Shown in pieces: positions 22,701-36,197 of a DNA stretch of 64,000 nucleotides (position 1 is its first letter; each line of letters starts with the position of its first letter). The translations under genes were made by a program, and so were the position numbers. Below the pieces are notes generated by a model. The model searched no databases and was not told where the DNA came from. It saw nothing but the letters and a program-made list of their open reading frames with translations. Origin of the DNA: Eledone cirrhosa (Eukaryota). The stretch is from contig OZ024743.1 of NCBI GenBank assembly GCA_964016885.1, forward strand, positions 117,242,001 to 117,306,000, in the 5' to 3' direction.

Positions 22701-25385
22701 ATTATGGACAGCCTATGCTATACTTATCTATTTCCCTACAAAATACTCTATCTAGATATGATGTGGATGACACGATGCGGTTTGACCAAGTCCACATTGG
22801 CACATTCGGGAAATCCAATCGGTACCTGTCAGACAGTTCAAAACGCCTGAGCAGGTTGGTGAGGTTCTTACACCATCCTTCCCTATCTGCTAACCCCACA
22901 CAGTCCCAGCGTGCATCTAAGATCCCGTTCCAGTCGCCCACTAACGCTAAAGAGCGGGACGTTCCAAGAAAGGTCTCCAGAAGCCGGAAGAAATCAGGCC
23001 GCCCTGCTGCTGTCGGGGCATAGACAGCCACTAGCCTGAAAGCTTTCCCGTCTCCGCTGGTCACGTCCAGCACCACCAACTTACCTTCTGGGTCCAGAAA
23101 GATGGCCCGTATGGTGAGATCCAAACCTCTCAGAAAAATTACAGCAACTCCTCCCCCCGATCCAGGACAGCTGGGAGATGCGTACACATCGTAGCCGCCG
23201 AAGATCGGTGCGAAGGCCCGTGCTTCGGAGATTCTGTTCTCGCTGATAGCCACTACATCTATGTTTAGTGACCTGAGTTCGTTGAGCAGGTGGCCCTGCT
23301 TCCATGACGACCCCAAGCCACGCGCATTTATGCTGCCTATTCTGAGTGAGGTCATGTTGAAAAGGAGTGAAAAAGATGGGAAAGACCACTTACCTTACTT
23401 CTCGTAGAGGAAGGATGGTTTTTCCATCCTTTTCACTGCTTGTGGTCTCCTCCGGAAGTGTGTCCTTATAAATGATCCTGGAGAGTGCATGTCGGAAGTC
23501 TCCGATCTCTTTGGGGAATTTTTGTTTTAGTGTCGTGTACGTTTTCTGTGTGATGCGAGTGATTTGTATGTGTGGAGGTGGTGTGAATTTTTGGGCTTTC
23601 GTGTAGTCTTTTTCTGTGATGCTGGTGTTGTGTTGGATGTAGTGTAATAATTGGTTGTTGTTCAAATTTAATGCTGTGTAGTGTGTATCGTTTTGGTTGT
23701 TTTCTTTTGTTTGCATTTGTCGTGCGTTTGTTTCTGTTTCGCTTTTTGGTGACTTTTGTGGTGTTGGGGATGATGGTGTTGGGCTTAATGATGGTGATGG
23801 TGTTGGTGTTTGTGGTGATGGGTTTGGTGATGCTGGTGTTGATGGTGGCATAGCTGTCTTAACTTTTTTGTTTGTTTGTTTATTTGTTTCCCCCTGCATT
23901 TTGTGTTTGAGGGCGATGGAAGAGGATTTTTTCTTTTTAGGGTTCTTTTTCTTTTTTTCTTTTTTCCTGATACAATTTCCCACTCCTCGTCGTCACAATC
24001 TGTCTCCAGTTGTGATAGGTCGGGGAGTGGAACATCTTCCACAGGCGTTGTTTTTGGTTGTGGCGTGGTGGATGGTGACGCGCTGGTGTATTTCTGGCGC
24101 GGTAGGTGGTGGTGGTTTGGTTTTGCTACTGTTGCTGGGGTTGTTGCTGCTACAGTTGTTGCTGCCATATCTGCTGCTGGTGGTTTTGATGGTTGCGTGA
24201 CTGGGGTGGGAAGGTGAGGTAGCCTCAACTTTTAGACTAAGGACAGAAAGCGTTTAGTTGGGTACCTTCGCCACAAACGACACATCTAGGACTTCTACCC
24301 GCAACGATTACGGTGAAGTAGCTGCCATCATTGAGGTCTATCACCTCTGGAATTTCTGCTTGGATCAGGAGCTCCATCCCAGTTCTGGGCCAGTTCTCCT
24401 GCTTTTCTTTTGTTACCTCAATTATTTTCTTGTTGGCCTCGATGCAGGGGAGAACAGCAGCTATTAGCCAGGGAATTTCGATGGCCGGTGGAACGTGGGT
24501 CAACCTTATCTTTACGAGTCTCTGACCACAATAGCTTGGGACGAGTGTGAACTCGTCACTTCTTAATGGGGCCATGGAGTGCTCTCTGGTTTCCTGTCGG
24601 GTTCCAAAGAACACGTTCACGGTTCCATATTTTTGCCCACGTCTGATGTGGGTTTTTCTCGTCCACACATGTCCCAAAGCTTTTTGTATCTGGGACTCGG
24701 ATGCCCGTTCCACTCGGCGTGATTTTGTGTTTATCGTCCGATATGACACGGTGCAAAGGCGCCGATGCCCCATTTTATTAGATGGTGGCGGGGGTGGGTG
24801 ATGCTGACCCTGTACCCATCTTTTTTTACCATTCTCTTGGCTTCATTTAATTCATTTGGCCTTCCTCGATTGTTTCGCTTTTCTTGGCTGCTTTGGCGTT
24901 GTTGTTATTCTCGTTGTTGTTGTTGTTGCTGTTGTTGTTGTTATTCTTATTTTTGTTGTTGTTATATTTAGTTTCAGTTGCGGTGGTGGTGGTGGTCGTG
25001 GTGTCAGCAGTTATTGGTTATGGCGGAAAATGAATGTCTGCATGTGACAAATTTAAATTATTGCCACTGCTTATACTTTTAGTGTTGGCAAGCGTAGTAA
25101 TGTCTACAATGGTGGTGGTAGGTGTTGGTCTGATAGGAAGGCTGTCAGCTTTGTGTGGCTGCGAGCCGTCCATGTTTTTTCAAAGAAAGTTTTTGTTTGA
25201 TAATTATAAAAGTTTAAATTTTGGGCTCAAGACCCCAATCTTTTTGAGTGTACTTTCAGAAAGCAATATATGTGAACTTCTAAACAGTTAACAACAAAAA
25301 AAATCCATAACTGGCAATTTGAAACAACTGAAAACAACAAACCTTTACGGAGCTCACGATAACACGATTTTCTAGGTAGGTCAAC
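19701..25385 (-). mobile_element. Full-length Tx1/L1-type LINE, copy 2 (decayed close relative of copy 1)
   Basis: Colinear with copy 1. ORF2 pieces at 22702-23355, 22034-22570, 21118-22383, 20644-21117 and 19951-20232; ORF1 pieces at 23390-25173. (ATT)n tail at 19674-19700. Confidence 0.93.
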
Positions 25386-25409
25386 AATAAAAATAATAAT
25401 AATAATAAA

Positions 25410-28400
25410 GGTTTCTTTATTGGCCACAAGGGCTGAAATGAAGAAAAACATTAGAGACGGCACAGAACATTACATGACGATACAAAGTGGGTTTTGGTCG
25501 TGTAAATAGGTTATAACAAAATCGGGCTAGAAATCAAAAACATTCAAACATCAAAAATTCCCCAGGGGAAACCTCCTAGGGTCGCTGGTGGCGAAAACCA
25601 CACAAAAGGACATCGGCCACCCTGACCGCCAGGGCAAGCATCCTCTCTCAGTTTTCTCACTCCTCAGTCATCAGGTGCATACTCAGAGCGGGCCCATTCA
25701 CTCGGACCAGACTAGCCACTTTCACCCACCTTTCAACAAACTTATTAGAAGACAGTACTTGCTTCTCCAACCTGATTTTCCTCGTCAAGTGAAACTTGAA
25801 AAAGTTAATCAGGGATTGGCCGGAGAGGAAATTGTCCGTCTTCAACCCTTTCAACTCTGCCCACCACACAATATATTTCACCATGGCCACCAGGCAGATG
25901 AAAAGGAGAATGGTGGGACTATCTGCACAATGGACTCAGTCGATAATCGGATCCGTACTACACACGACAGTAGCTGTTCGACATAGCTCCACAAGTCAGC
26001 AATCCTCGGGCACTGAACGAATGCATGCAGGACGGTTTCGTCGCCTTGCGCGCATCTCCGACAGGCTCAGCTGACAGCACCTCCATGCCTGTAGACCTTA
26101 TCCCGAACGCGCAACGGTCCCCGGTAGCACTGCCAGGCCAGGGATTTTTGGAAGTTGTCCAAAGGCCCCGGTCTGAAAGTTCTCTTGAAGACAGCGAACA
26201 GCTGGCCGTCTTCGACGCCTAGAGTCTCCCCGAGAACGTCGTCGCTCTTTCCCTCCACTAACCTTCTATAGAACGCCGAAGGGGATGTTCCACCGATACT
26301 AGTGCCCAGCTGGTAGAGGGCGGTGAGCGCTTGGAGACATTCCAGCTTCCAAGCGCTATCCGTCGATCTTTTCCTGATCCTGGACTGCAGCTCCATCAAG
26401 AAGACGAACTGGGGAAAAGCGCGTCTGGCACACGGCGACCACACCTTTTCATCGCCAAGGAAGCACCAGATATATCACAGCCTCAGCGCATGTTTGCGCC
26501 TCATCAGCCACGGCATGCCTAGTATCCACGCAACGGGTGGAGTACTAGCAAATGGATCGTCTGACCATGGGAGCATGTCCCTTCCACAAAAAGCAGAATA
26601 GAAGGCGCTCCATTTTGGTCAGAGTTGGGCGGGGCAAGGTACGACGGTCAGGCGGTAGCAGATGACGGACGCAATGTACGCATTCACCACCTCTGCCCGA
26701 CCTTTCAGAGACTGCCTTCTCTCGGCCCATTTCTGGGTGAGAGAGGCCACCCTGCTCGTCACCTCGCTCCAGTTTTTTTCCATATGGAGGTCCGGACAAA
26801 ATCAGACCCCGAGCAATTTAAGCGGTCCTTCCTGTCGGGCGGCATGGGCATGCCTCTCTAGGTGCCGAGTTGCAAGCGCACCGTCTTTTCCTGGTTATAT
26901 TTTGCTCCTGTCACCGCTTCGTATTCCTTGAGAGCGGAGTCCAGCATCTGGACGTGTTTGGTGCTTGACACCACCACGGTGACGTCGTCGGCGTAAGCTG
27001 ATAGTGACCTACCGCATCCCAGTTCGCGTGGCACCCCCCTCATCGTCTCCAATTTGTACAGTTACGGATCGTGGGCCAGTACGTACAAAAGGGACGAGAT
27101 GGGGAAACTCTGGCGGACAATGGGAATGATGCTGAAAGGCTGCCTCAGGTGACCATTCAGCTTCACAATCGAGCAGATGTCGCTGTGCATCGCAGCGATC
27201 CAGCCCCTAAAAACGGGCCCGAAGCTGGCCGCCTCGAGGACCGCAGCTAGGTACCGATGGTCGACCCTATCAAATGCTTTAGATTGATCCAAGTTGATCA
27301 GGGCCGCACCCGTTCCAGGGTCTTAACCATCCTCTCTATGATGTATCGCATGAGATGGAGGTTATCGTGGACGGATCTGTCCGGGAAGACGCATGTCTGC
27401 GCCTCTTCCACCAGATCACCGACGACAAGCGCAAATCCCTTTGCTAATACCTTCGCAAAAATATTAAACTCTGCGATTAGCAGAGTTATGGGCCTGAAGT
27501 TGTCTATAATGTCCCCGTTGTTCGGGTCTTTTCTAAGCAGCGCCACCGTACCCGGGCTCACAAAACTGAGAATGCTCCCGTTGTGCTGCTAGTTGTAGTA
27601 GACATCTGCCAGAGGTCGCCGAACAAGTGTGGCATGTACGCATAAAGCTCGTAGGAGACCATCCAAACCTGGCGGTTTAACCGTCGTGCTGTCAGACATC
27701 GCTTCCCGTACTTCACCTGCTGTTATCGGCTTTTCACACTGCGATGGAGTCTATCTAAGTCGACTTCACAGATCACAAATTTGTGATCCGTGTAGGCGAC
27801 TACTTTAAATTGTGGACAACCTACACTAGCCTTATCTGTTTCCCTACATAATACCCTATCTAAATACCATCTGGATGACCCGATGCGCTTTGCCCATGTC
27901 CACATTGGCACATTCGGATAATCCAGTCTATACCTGTTAGACAGTTCAAAACGTCTGAACAGGTTGTTGACGCTTTTACATCCTCCTGCCCTGTCTACTC
28001 GCCCCACATAATCCCAGCGTGCATCTAAGATACCTTTCCAGTCGCCCACTAACACTAAAGGGCGGGACGTTCCAAGAAAGGTCTCTAGACGTCTTAAGAA
28101 ATCTGGCCGTCCTGCCGCTTTTGGGGCCTAGACGGCTACTAGCCTAAAAGCATTGCCTTCGCTGCTAGTCACGTCCAACACCACCGACTTACCTTCTGGG
28201 TCCAGGAAGATGGCCCGTATGGCGAGATCCAAGCCTCTCCGAAAAAGCACGGAACTCCTCCCGCTGATCCTGTGCGGCTGGGAGATGCATATACATACAT
28301 CGTAGCCGCAGAAGATCGGTGCGAAGGCTCGTGCTTCGGAGATTCTGGTCCCGCTGATGGCCACCACATCTATGTTTAGTGACCTGAGGTCGTTGAGCAG

Positions 28401-30679
28401 GTGACACTGCTTTCAAGATGACCCAGGCCACGTACATGTATACGGCCTATTCGAAATACGGCCATGTTGGATGAGAAACGGGGTAAGTGAGAAAGGATCA
28501 CTTACCTTGATCGTGTGGTGAAGGGACAGTAGAACCGTCCCTTTGGCTGGTCATGGGTGTTTCCAAGAGGATGTCGGTGTATATCCTCTTGGTAACCGAC
28601 CCTCTGAAGTCTCCAACTACGTTGGGGAATTTTTCTTTTAAAAGTTTGTAATGTTCTATTTTGATTTCAATGATGTTTATGTTTTTCGGGAGAGTTCTTG
28701 GTGTTGGTAGGGTGTAGTAATTTTTTTCTTTGATATTTGTGTGCTACTTTATATGTTGTAAGAGTTCTTTATTTGCCATGTTTATGGCTGTGAACTTTTT
28801 GTGGAAAGGGGTGATTTTGTTGCTGTTTTCTTCTTGTTGCTGTTGGCTCTGTGTGTTTTGTTGTGTTTGCGATGTTGGTGTTTTGGGTGATGCTGGTGGT
28901 GGTGTGGTTGTTTTTGTTGATGCTTGTGGTGTTGCTGCAAATCTCCTTACAGCCTTTACCTCTCTTTGTTTGCCTTCGCTTTTGGAGGGTGAAGCTAAGG
29001 GTTTTTTTCTTTTTTTTGTTTGTTGTGGCAGACCGTTTGCCACTTCCCTCCCGCCTCATACGCCATGTCGGATTCCGTGGCGTCTGGGAGAGGTATGAGC
29101 TCCACTGCTGTTCGTGGTGTTAGTGGAGCCCGCTCCTGCAATTTTGCCGCCGGTGTAGCTGCTGCGAATGTTGGTGTTGCCGCCACTGCTGCCGCTGTTT
29201 TAGTTGTCAGTGGCCTTGGCCGGGGTGCCACGGACATTGCCCTCCTACTCACCATGGAAGTGTCTTCTGCCTCTGTTGCCTGCCCTGTTCTTGATAGTAG
29301 CGTATCAGGCGTCGGAAGGAGGGGGCCCTCTTCTTGGCTGTCTTCTGTGGGCAGAAGGCCCTGAGATGACCCTTCTGCCCACAGAGATAGCATTTTGGTC
29401 GCCTTCTTTCCACGCTTATAGGGAGTTGGAGTCCTTCCTTGAGGTCTATGATATCTGGGATGGCCTCGATGCACTCCTGGTCAGTTTGTATTAGCATTTG
29501 CATGCCTATTCCTGACCAGTTCTCTCTTCCCATTCTCTGTATTTGCAGTATCGTGGTCTTCTTCTCAATTCCAGCAAGTACAGACGCGGCCAGCCAAGGC
29601 ATGGACACGTAGGGTGGGACCTGGGTCAATTTTGACGCTCACAAATTTCTGCCCGCAGTAGGAGGGCACCAAGTCTATCTCCTCACTTTTTAGGGTTTCC
29701 AAAGAGTGAGACTTTGCTTCGTGGGGGGGGGGAGAAAGGTACGTCTACTGTGGCGTACTTTTTGTCTCGGGTGATGTGGTGTTTGCGCGCCCAGTAGCAC
29801 TCCAAGGTCTTTGGGATTTCAGCCTCCGTGGCTCTCTCCACCCGATGTGACATTTTGCTTACGGTGAGGTAAGTCACCGTGCGCAGCTGCTGGTCTTTGA
29901 AGAAATCGGGTGGAGTTTTCAGGGAAACTCTATTGTCATTTCTTGACACCATGGCTCTTGCGACTGCCATCTCCCCCTCCGTGAGTAGCACTTTCTCTAT
30001 ATTTTGGGCCACACCTGCGAAAGAAGTGGCCCCTTTTTCAGCGCCACCATTATTGCTGCCGCTACTGCTACTACTTGTCTTGTTGTTGATGCTGTTGCTG
30101 TTGCTACAAAGAGTGTTCTTGGTGTTGTTGCTGTTATCACTGTTGTAGTTGGTTGTGTTTTTGGTGCCACCGTTGTTGTTGTTTTCGGTACAATTTGTAT
30201 TTTTGCTGTTGGTGTTGTCGTTCTTTATCTTCTTTTTAATGGTGTTAATATCGTTGTTGCATTTGTTGTCATTTTTTTCTGTTGTCTGTATTTTGGTTGT
30301 TGCTGTTATTGTTGTAGTTGATGTGATAATTTTTTTTAAATTAGTGTTCTAAGTGTTGTTGACTTTGTTCACGTTGTTTGTGGTGGTGTTTGTTGTATCA
30401 ATTTCTGTAACCCTCCTCTCAACTTTTACGCCGTTGTCACACGACAGCAGACATATTGTTGGGGGGGGGGGGGGCATGGCTCAGCCATGTTTTTTTTTTA
30501 TTTTTAAAACTAAAATATTCAAATATTAATCAAATATTTGGGCCAAAAGGCCCAAATATTATACTTTCACAAGGCAAAGTCCAAGGGCTTACACAACAAG
30601 AAAAATTAAGCAACAAATAATTATAACAGGTAAATAAAGCGACCTACTGGTAACGAGCAAAAAGACGTCCGAAGAGCCC
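25410..30679 (-). mobile_element. Tx1/L1-type LINE, copy 3 (divergent subfamily, decayed, about 0.6-kb internal deletion)
   Basis: ORF1 remnants at 28502-30488 with CYLCGQKGHLRAFC. ORF2 remnants start at 28465 (DQSKAFDRVDH, YADD). DRLHR joins directly to the CEKPIT region at about 27740. Confidence 0.9.
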
Positions 30680-31113
30680 AATAATAATAATAATTGTTTC
30701 TACTTTTGGCACAAGGCCAGTAATTACCCAGTGCATTACTGGTACTTTATTTTATCGACCCCGTAAGGATGAAAGGCAAAGTTGACCTCGGCGGGATTAA
30801 ACTCAGAATGGCAAGGGCCGTAACTCTATGCGTCAAAGCATGGCGTCTGACCCTCTACCGATACTACCAATCCATAATAATAATTGTTTCTACTTTTGGC
30901 ACTAGGCCAGCAATTATCTAGTGCATTACTGGTACTTTATTTTATCGACCACGTAAGGATGAAAGGCAAAGTTAACCTCGGCGGGATTTGAACTGAGGAT
31001 GGCATAATAATAATTGTTTCTACTACTGGCACAAGGCCAGCAATTATCCAGTACATTACTGGTACTTTATTTTATCCACCCCGTAAGGATGAAAGGCAAA
31101 GTTAACCTCGGCG
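30680..31113 (-). mobile_element. Tandem of three SINE copies joined by (ATT)n tails
   Basis: Three repeats of AATAATTGTTTCTACT..TGGCAC(A/T)AGGCCAG..GTAAGGATGAAAGGCAAAGTT. Confidence 0.88.
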
Positions 31114-31692
31114 AATAATTGCGAATTAGAGTTCCTAACCAGATTGTTCTGAACTACACATGAAAATCAATATCAGAACATTGTCCTGCTCCAAAATACA
31201 CGCATATGTTTTACATGGAGGTGATTGCCCTAAACAAATGAGTCCAAGACAAATTTTAAAAAACGGAAGATTCATGGCTAAAAGGCTGTTTGGGATACAT
31301 TTACGCGATCTGAATTGAACTGAGGTTGAAAAGAAAGAAAATTTGCTAATATATTCACAATATGCAAAAAGTAAACGTGATCAAGGAAGCGACACAAGTT
31401 GTTGTGTGAATATATGAACGATTTTGTAACATGAAGCCATCGGTTAGTGTGTGATAAATCCATTATGTAGAAAATAAAATTTGTCCGCCACATGTATTCC
31501 TTAGTAAATGACGATGCTGTGTCTGCAAGAATTTATCAATCCAAATTGTTTTCCGCAATTCGAAAATACTGTGACAGAATGTTATACTTTTCTGAGAGAA
31601 CGAGAGTGTACGTTCTACGTCTTAATATACGTAGACATGTCTTCTATAATGAAACAATTGATCTAATATATGTTAATACTATTATAATTTAG

Positions 31693-31810
31693 ACTGAATT
31701 CAAATCCCGCCGTGGTTAACTTTGCCTTTCATCCTTACGGGGTCGATAAAATAAAGCACCAGTAATGCACTGGGATAATTTCTGGCCTTGTGCCAAAAGT
31801 AGAAACACTT
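31693..31810 (+). mobile_element. SINE, 5'-truncated
   Basis: B box, conserved body and 3' hairpin match the SINE family. Confidence 0.8.
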
Positions 31811-32279
31811 ATAATTTAGACTGCAGATATGACTTGTGAACTATTAAAGCATATTTCAGACTGTCTGAATTTACATATATGTTACAAGGATACTTTTTAA
31901 GGCCCTATAGGCCCTAAATAACTCTTCAGCTCACTGTCCACTGCTCGATAAACTTATGCCAAGAACTGATGGCCCTCATAGCACGAAATAAAGAAAATGA
32001 GAAAGAAGGGAGATTTTTGGCACCAGAACCTACAGAGTCACAGGCAATCATGATGGTGTGAATGGCGCAAGAGACATACAAAAACAATTTGGAGACTGTT
32101 CTCCATTACAAAGGAAACCCTAATATAAGAGCTTTTCAATAGGCTTTTCAAATGATTCTGAAAAAAAACACCTTTCTCCATTACATATAAAACTCTAATG
32201 TAAGAGTTTTTCAGTAGGTTTAAAAAAACAAAAAAAACAACACCAAGTATGGAGGTCCAACACCCCGATCTCCTAAAGC

Positions 32280-33510
32280 GCCGGGTGTAAGTAGTCCCCT
32301 TTTTTCTCCTAACTAACCAGTTAACATGCATAAATGTTCGTGGTCTGGGATCGTCTTGGAAGCATAGTCTGTTGCTCTACGAACTTAGATAACTAACTAT
32401 AGATGCATTGGATTTCCGACAGGCACTAGCTTCATTGCTGTCGACTATGACATCTTCGCATCTCTCAAACGACCTAAAATAGGAGGCACGGTGACAGTGT
32501 TGGTTCGGAAATACCTGGATCCTGTGGTACTGATTATCTTCTTGGAATTGAACGGGAAGTTGGTGGTCCTGTACGTGAACAGTAGTAAAGGTGATACATT
32601 TAGGCTGGTGAGTGTCTATGCCCCAACTGGAGCGGGACAGCTGGATTTCGTCAGGCGCTTGGAAAACATTCTTCGCTCTTTACTCTTAGCGCGGGACTGG
32701 AAAGGCATCTTGGACGCACATTGGGATTGTAAAGATGAAATATATAAAAGCGCGAGGTGCAAAAGCCTCGAGAATCTAATTAGGCTGCTACTGCTGCCTA
32801 TACACTCTACCTAGAAGGCTGGGCATGCCTTGGTTAATGCTGCGCAAACATACGCTGATGCTAAGGCATCTCCACATATCCCTAAACCATGAACAGGGGT
32901 GGTCGCTATTTGTGAGACAAATCTGTTCGCCTCGGACTAAGGACAACTTCCAAAAATCCCTGGCTTGGCTGTGTTACCGGGGGGTAATGTTGTTTTGACA
33001 CAATCTCTACAGGCACGGAAATGCTGTTAGACAGACCTCCTCTACAGGCACGGAAATGCTGTTAGACAGACCTCTCCAAGATGCACATGGATCGACTGAA
33101 GATAGCCTATTTTCTCTTTAGCCAAGTCTTCATCAACTTTTTCAAGTTCCTCATGAAAAGGAAGGTGAGGGAGGAAAGGGAAGTGTTGCCCCCCAGTAAA
33201 TTTGTAAAAGGATGGGTGAAGAAAGTATGATGGCCCGAGTGAATGCGCATACTCTGACCATGGCCTTCCTAGTGTGCTCTTGTAGATTAAGGCAGGCCTA
33301 TTTGGTATTGATGGGATTCCTAGGTCAACATTGGGAGTTACTTTCACAATTGGGGAATATTTAAAGTTGTAATTGTATCATTTATTGTTATTTGTTATCA
33401 TTTTTTACTCGATATATATTTGCAACTCCCTATTGTCCCTGTTTTTATGTTCTCCTTCATATTTCGGCCCAGATTATTATTTTTCTTTACAATTGGTGAT
33501 AAACATAATA
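32280..33510 (+). mobile_element. Internally deleted Tx1/L1-type LINE relic
   Basis: VRGLGSSWK, FRLVSVYAPTGAG, LGMPWLML, DNFQKSLAW and INFFKF occur in order, but the RT core is missing. Confidence 0.85.
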
Positions 33511-33778
33511 ATGGTTTCTAACTTATCTAGAAATATCTGTGGAGGGGAAAGATCATAATATCGAGTCCAATATTTGACTGGTACTTTATTTTATAGACCT
33601 CGGAATGATGAGATGTCAAGTTGACTTCGGCGACATTTGAACATAAAGCATAGAAAGTCGTAACTAAATATTTTAAAGCATTTTGTCTGACGTAATACCA
33701 GTAGTGCCAATCTACCACCATACCGATTATAGCTAACAAATAAATAGATAATTATTGAAGTTGTTGTTGTTTGTGATG

Positions 33779-33800
33779 CTAGTAGTAGTAGTAGTAGTAA

Positions 33801-33853
<53 letters not shown>

Positions 33854-33854
33854 A

Positions 33855-33929
<75 letters not shown>

Positions 33930-33950
33930 TAGTAGTAGTAGTAGTAGTAA
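33779..33950. repeat. (TAG)n microsatellite flanked by divergent SINE copies
   Basis: Direct observation. SINE body motifs lie at about 33575-33730 and 33950-34130. Confidence 0.9.
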
Positions 33951-36197
33951 TGATTTCTAATATAGGCATAGCGTCAGCAATTTTGGGGGAGGTGAAAGTC
34001 GATAATCTTTCACTGGTACTTTATTTTATCGACCCCCCCCCCCCGGCAGTATTTGAACTCAGAAAGATGAGAGCTGTAACAAACATTGCTAAATGTCTAT
34101 CCGGTGTTCAAACTATTCTGCCAATCCACTAATAATAACGACAAACGTACATAAAATGAAAGGGGTTAAACAGAAGACACAACTTTTGTAGTTAATTGAT
34201 ATTCAAACACGTCCCTTAGCTTTTGGGGTCAGCTTTCTATGCAATTAATGAAGAATAATTGTTGTCACACACACACACACACACACAAACTCACACACAC
34301 ACTCATACATACACTAACGCACATAAACATATATACATACATAATGAATACGTACCTACATGAATACATACGTACATAAGTACATACACACATACATACA
34401 TACATACATACATACATACATACAGATACGTGCATGTGTTTGTGTATTTTGTCTGTGCAACTGTTCTTACATTAGGAAACTGTTAGATAAACATTTAGAA
34501 ATTCACATAAAAAAACATCATAACGTGCAAGTGTGTAAATAGACACATACTCGTGTAAAACACTCTTATAAATGCACACATACACAGAAAAACACACTCC
34601 TACAAAGCAGAGGTTATGGCCCTTGCTTCTGTTGACAGACAACTAACTCTTTCTACGTTTGTCCCAAGAGACGTTAACAATTCCTTTTTATCTCTCACAA
34701 TCCTTCTCTTCAACCTTTCTCTCTCCTTTTGTTTTCCTATCTCGCCTCCCAACCATACACACACACTATCTCTGTTTTCTCTCATCCCTCTCTCTTTTAC
34801 GTTATCTCTCCCTTTCTTTTGCTCCCTCTCTATTTTTTTACTTTTACATACATTATCAATGTCATTTCAAATCGCTTTAGCAAGGCAATATGACCGAAGC
34901 CGATGAACAGTGTTTGCTGTCGTTATAGTTGATGCTAGTGCTATTATTGAGAATGATATTACTGATGTTCATGCTGCTGCATTTGATGCTGGTGGTATAC
35001 TGTCATTGTTGTTTTTCCTTTGATTGTTGCAGTTGTTTACGCACCTCATTTCTCTAGTAAACGCTTCACCTCAATGCTTTAAACTCAAATGTAATCTCCT
35101 CCTCCGTTACTACCCTCCTTCTATATATCTGCCTCTCCTACTTTACCTATTCCCCTCCATACCGATCACCTTTATTCTCCATATATGTTTTTGCCTCACT
35201 TAGGAAACAGTGAGTGGAGAAGCTGCAATGGACTGTTTAAACACTGTGTCCTTTGAAGCTTGCCAATAGCGTCAACACCAACCGCTGTAAATTTAATATT
35301 CTACACAACTATCGAACAAACAGACAGACAGGCACGCGTACGTACATATGCAGTTGCTTGGCTTGCTAAAGTTAGCAATCTAATCTCAATCAGATCATAT
35401 ATATCATCTTAAAAAATTAACATATTGGATTAACAAATTCGATGAAAACGAGATAGCCTTGTTTGGAATATTGTACCTAGAGCTGATATGCAGCTAGACA
35501 AAAACAACAACCGAAATATCAACAATAGCAATAACAATAACAATAACAACTATACCACATCAGTGTTCGTCTACATGGTCGCTCAACCTGCTGTAAACAT
35601 TAGAAACGTTGCCCTTCATGTTTTACTAAATAATCTTTAAATAAAGACACATTAGATAATGAGGTTGTAGAAACATTGTCAACTGGATAACGGCTAAAAT
35701 GGGACTAATGAACCTGCAACTAGAACAACAAATCTACATATAGAGATACATTGTAATAATAAATAAACCACCCTTACAGTGACAGCAGAGTCGAAATAGG
35801 TAGTATTAGAACGTAAATGATTGGTGTATTTTTTAAAGCAATGCATCATATTGAATCAGGATATCTTACAAATGGATCCTATACTTCAATACAAAATGAC
35901 ATAGCAAAACTCCTTTATATACGCCTGGCTTCCACGCCAGTTAACGCTTTTTATAGAAAGCAAAGTGTGGTATTCACTCGTAGAAAATGACAATACAAAA
36001 ATACTATAGAAATTTAGCATACAGACTGACAACCTATTATATAGATTGCTATCTGATAATATAGATATAACAAAGCTTACATACTTTCGTATGACATAGT
36101 AGATTATACTGTAGAAACAGTCGACGGATCAATTAGAAATCACTAAGATGTTTTTTCAGAAAAATTACACCGATCCACATGCACACACAAACATGTC

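Noticed and set aside
30680-31113. CRISPR-like or tRNA gene array
   Set aside because: The units are SINE copies with no unique spacers and no complete cloverleaf, in eukaryotic context.
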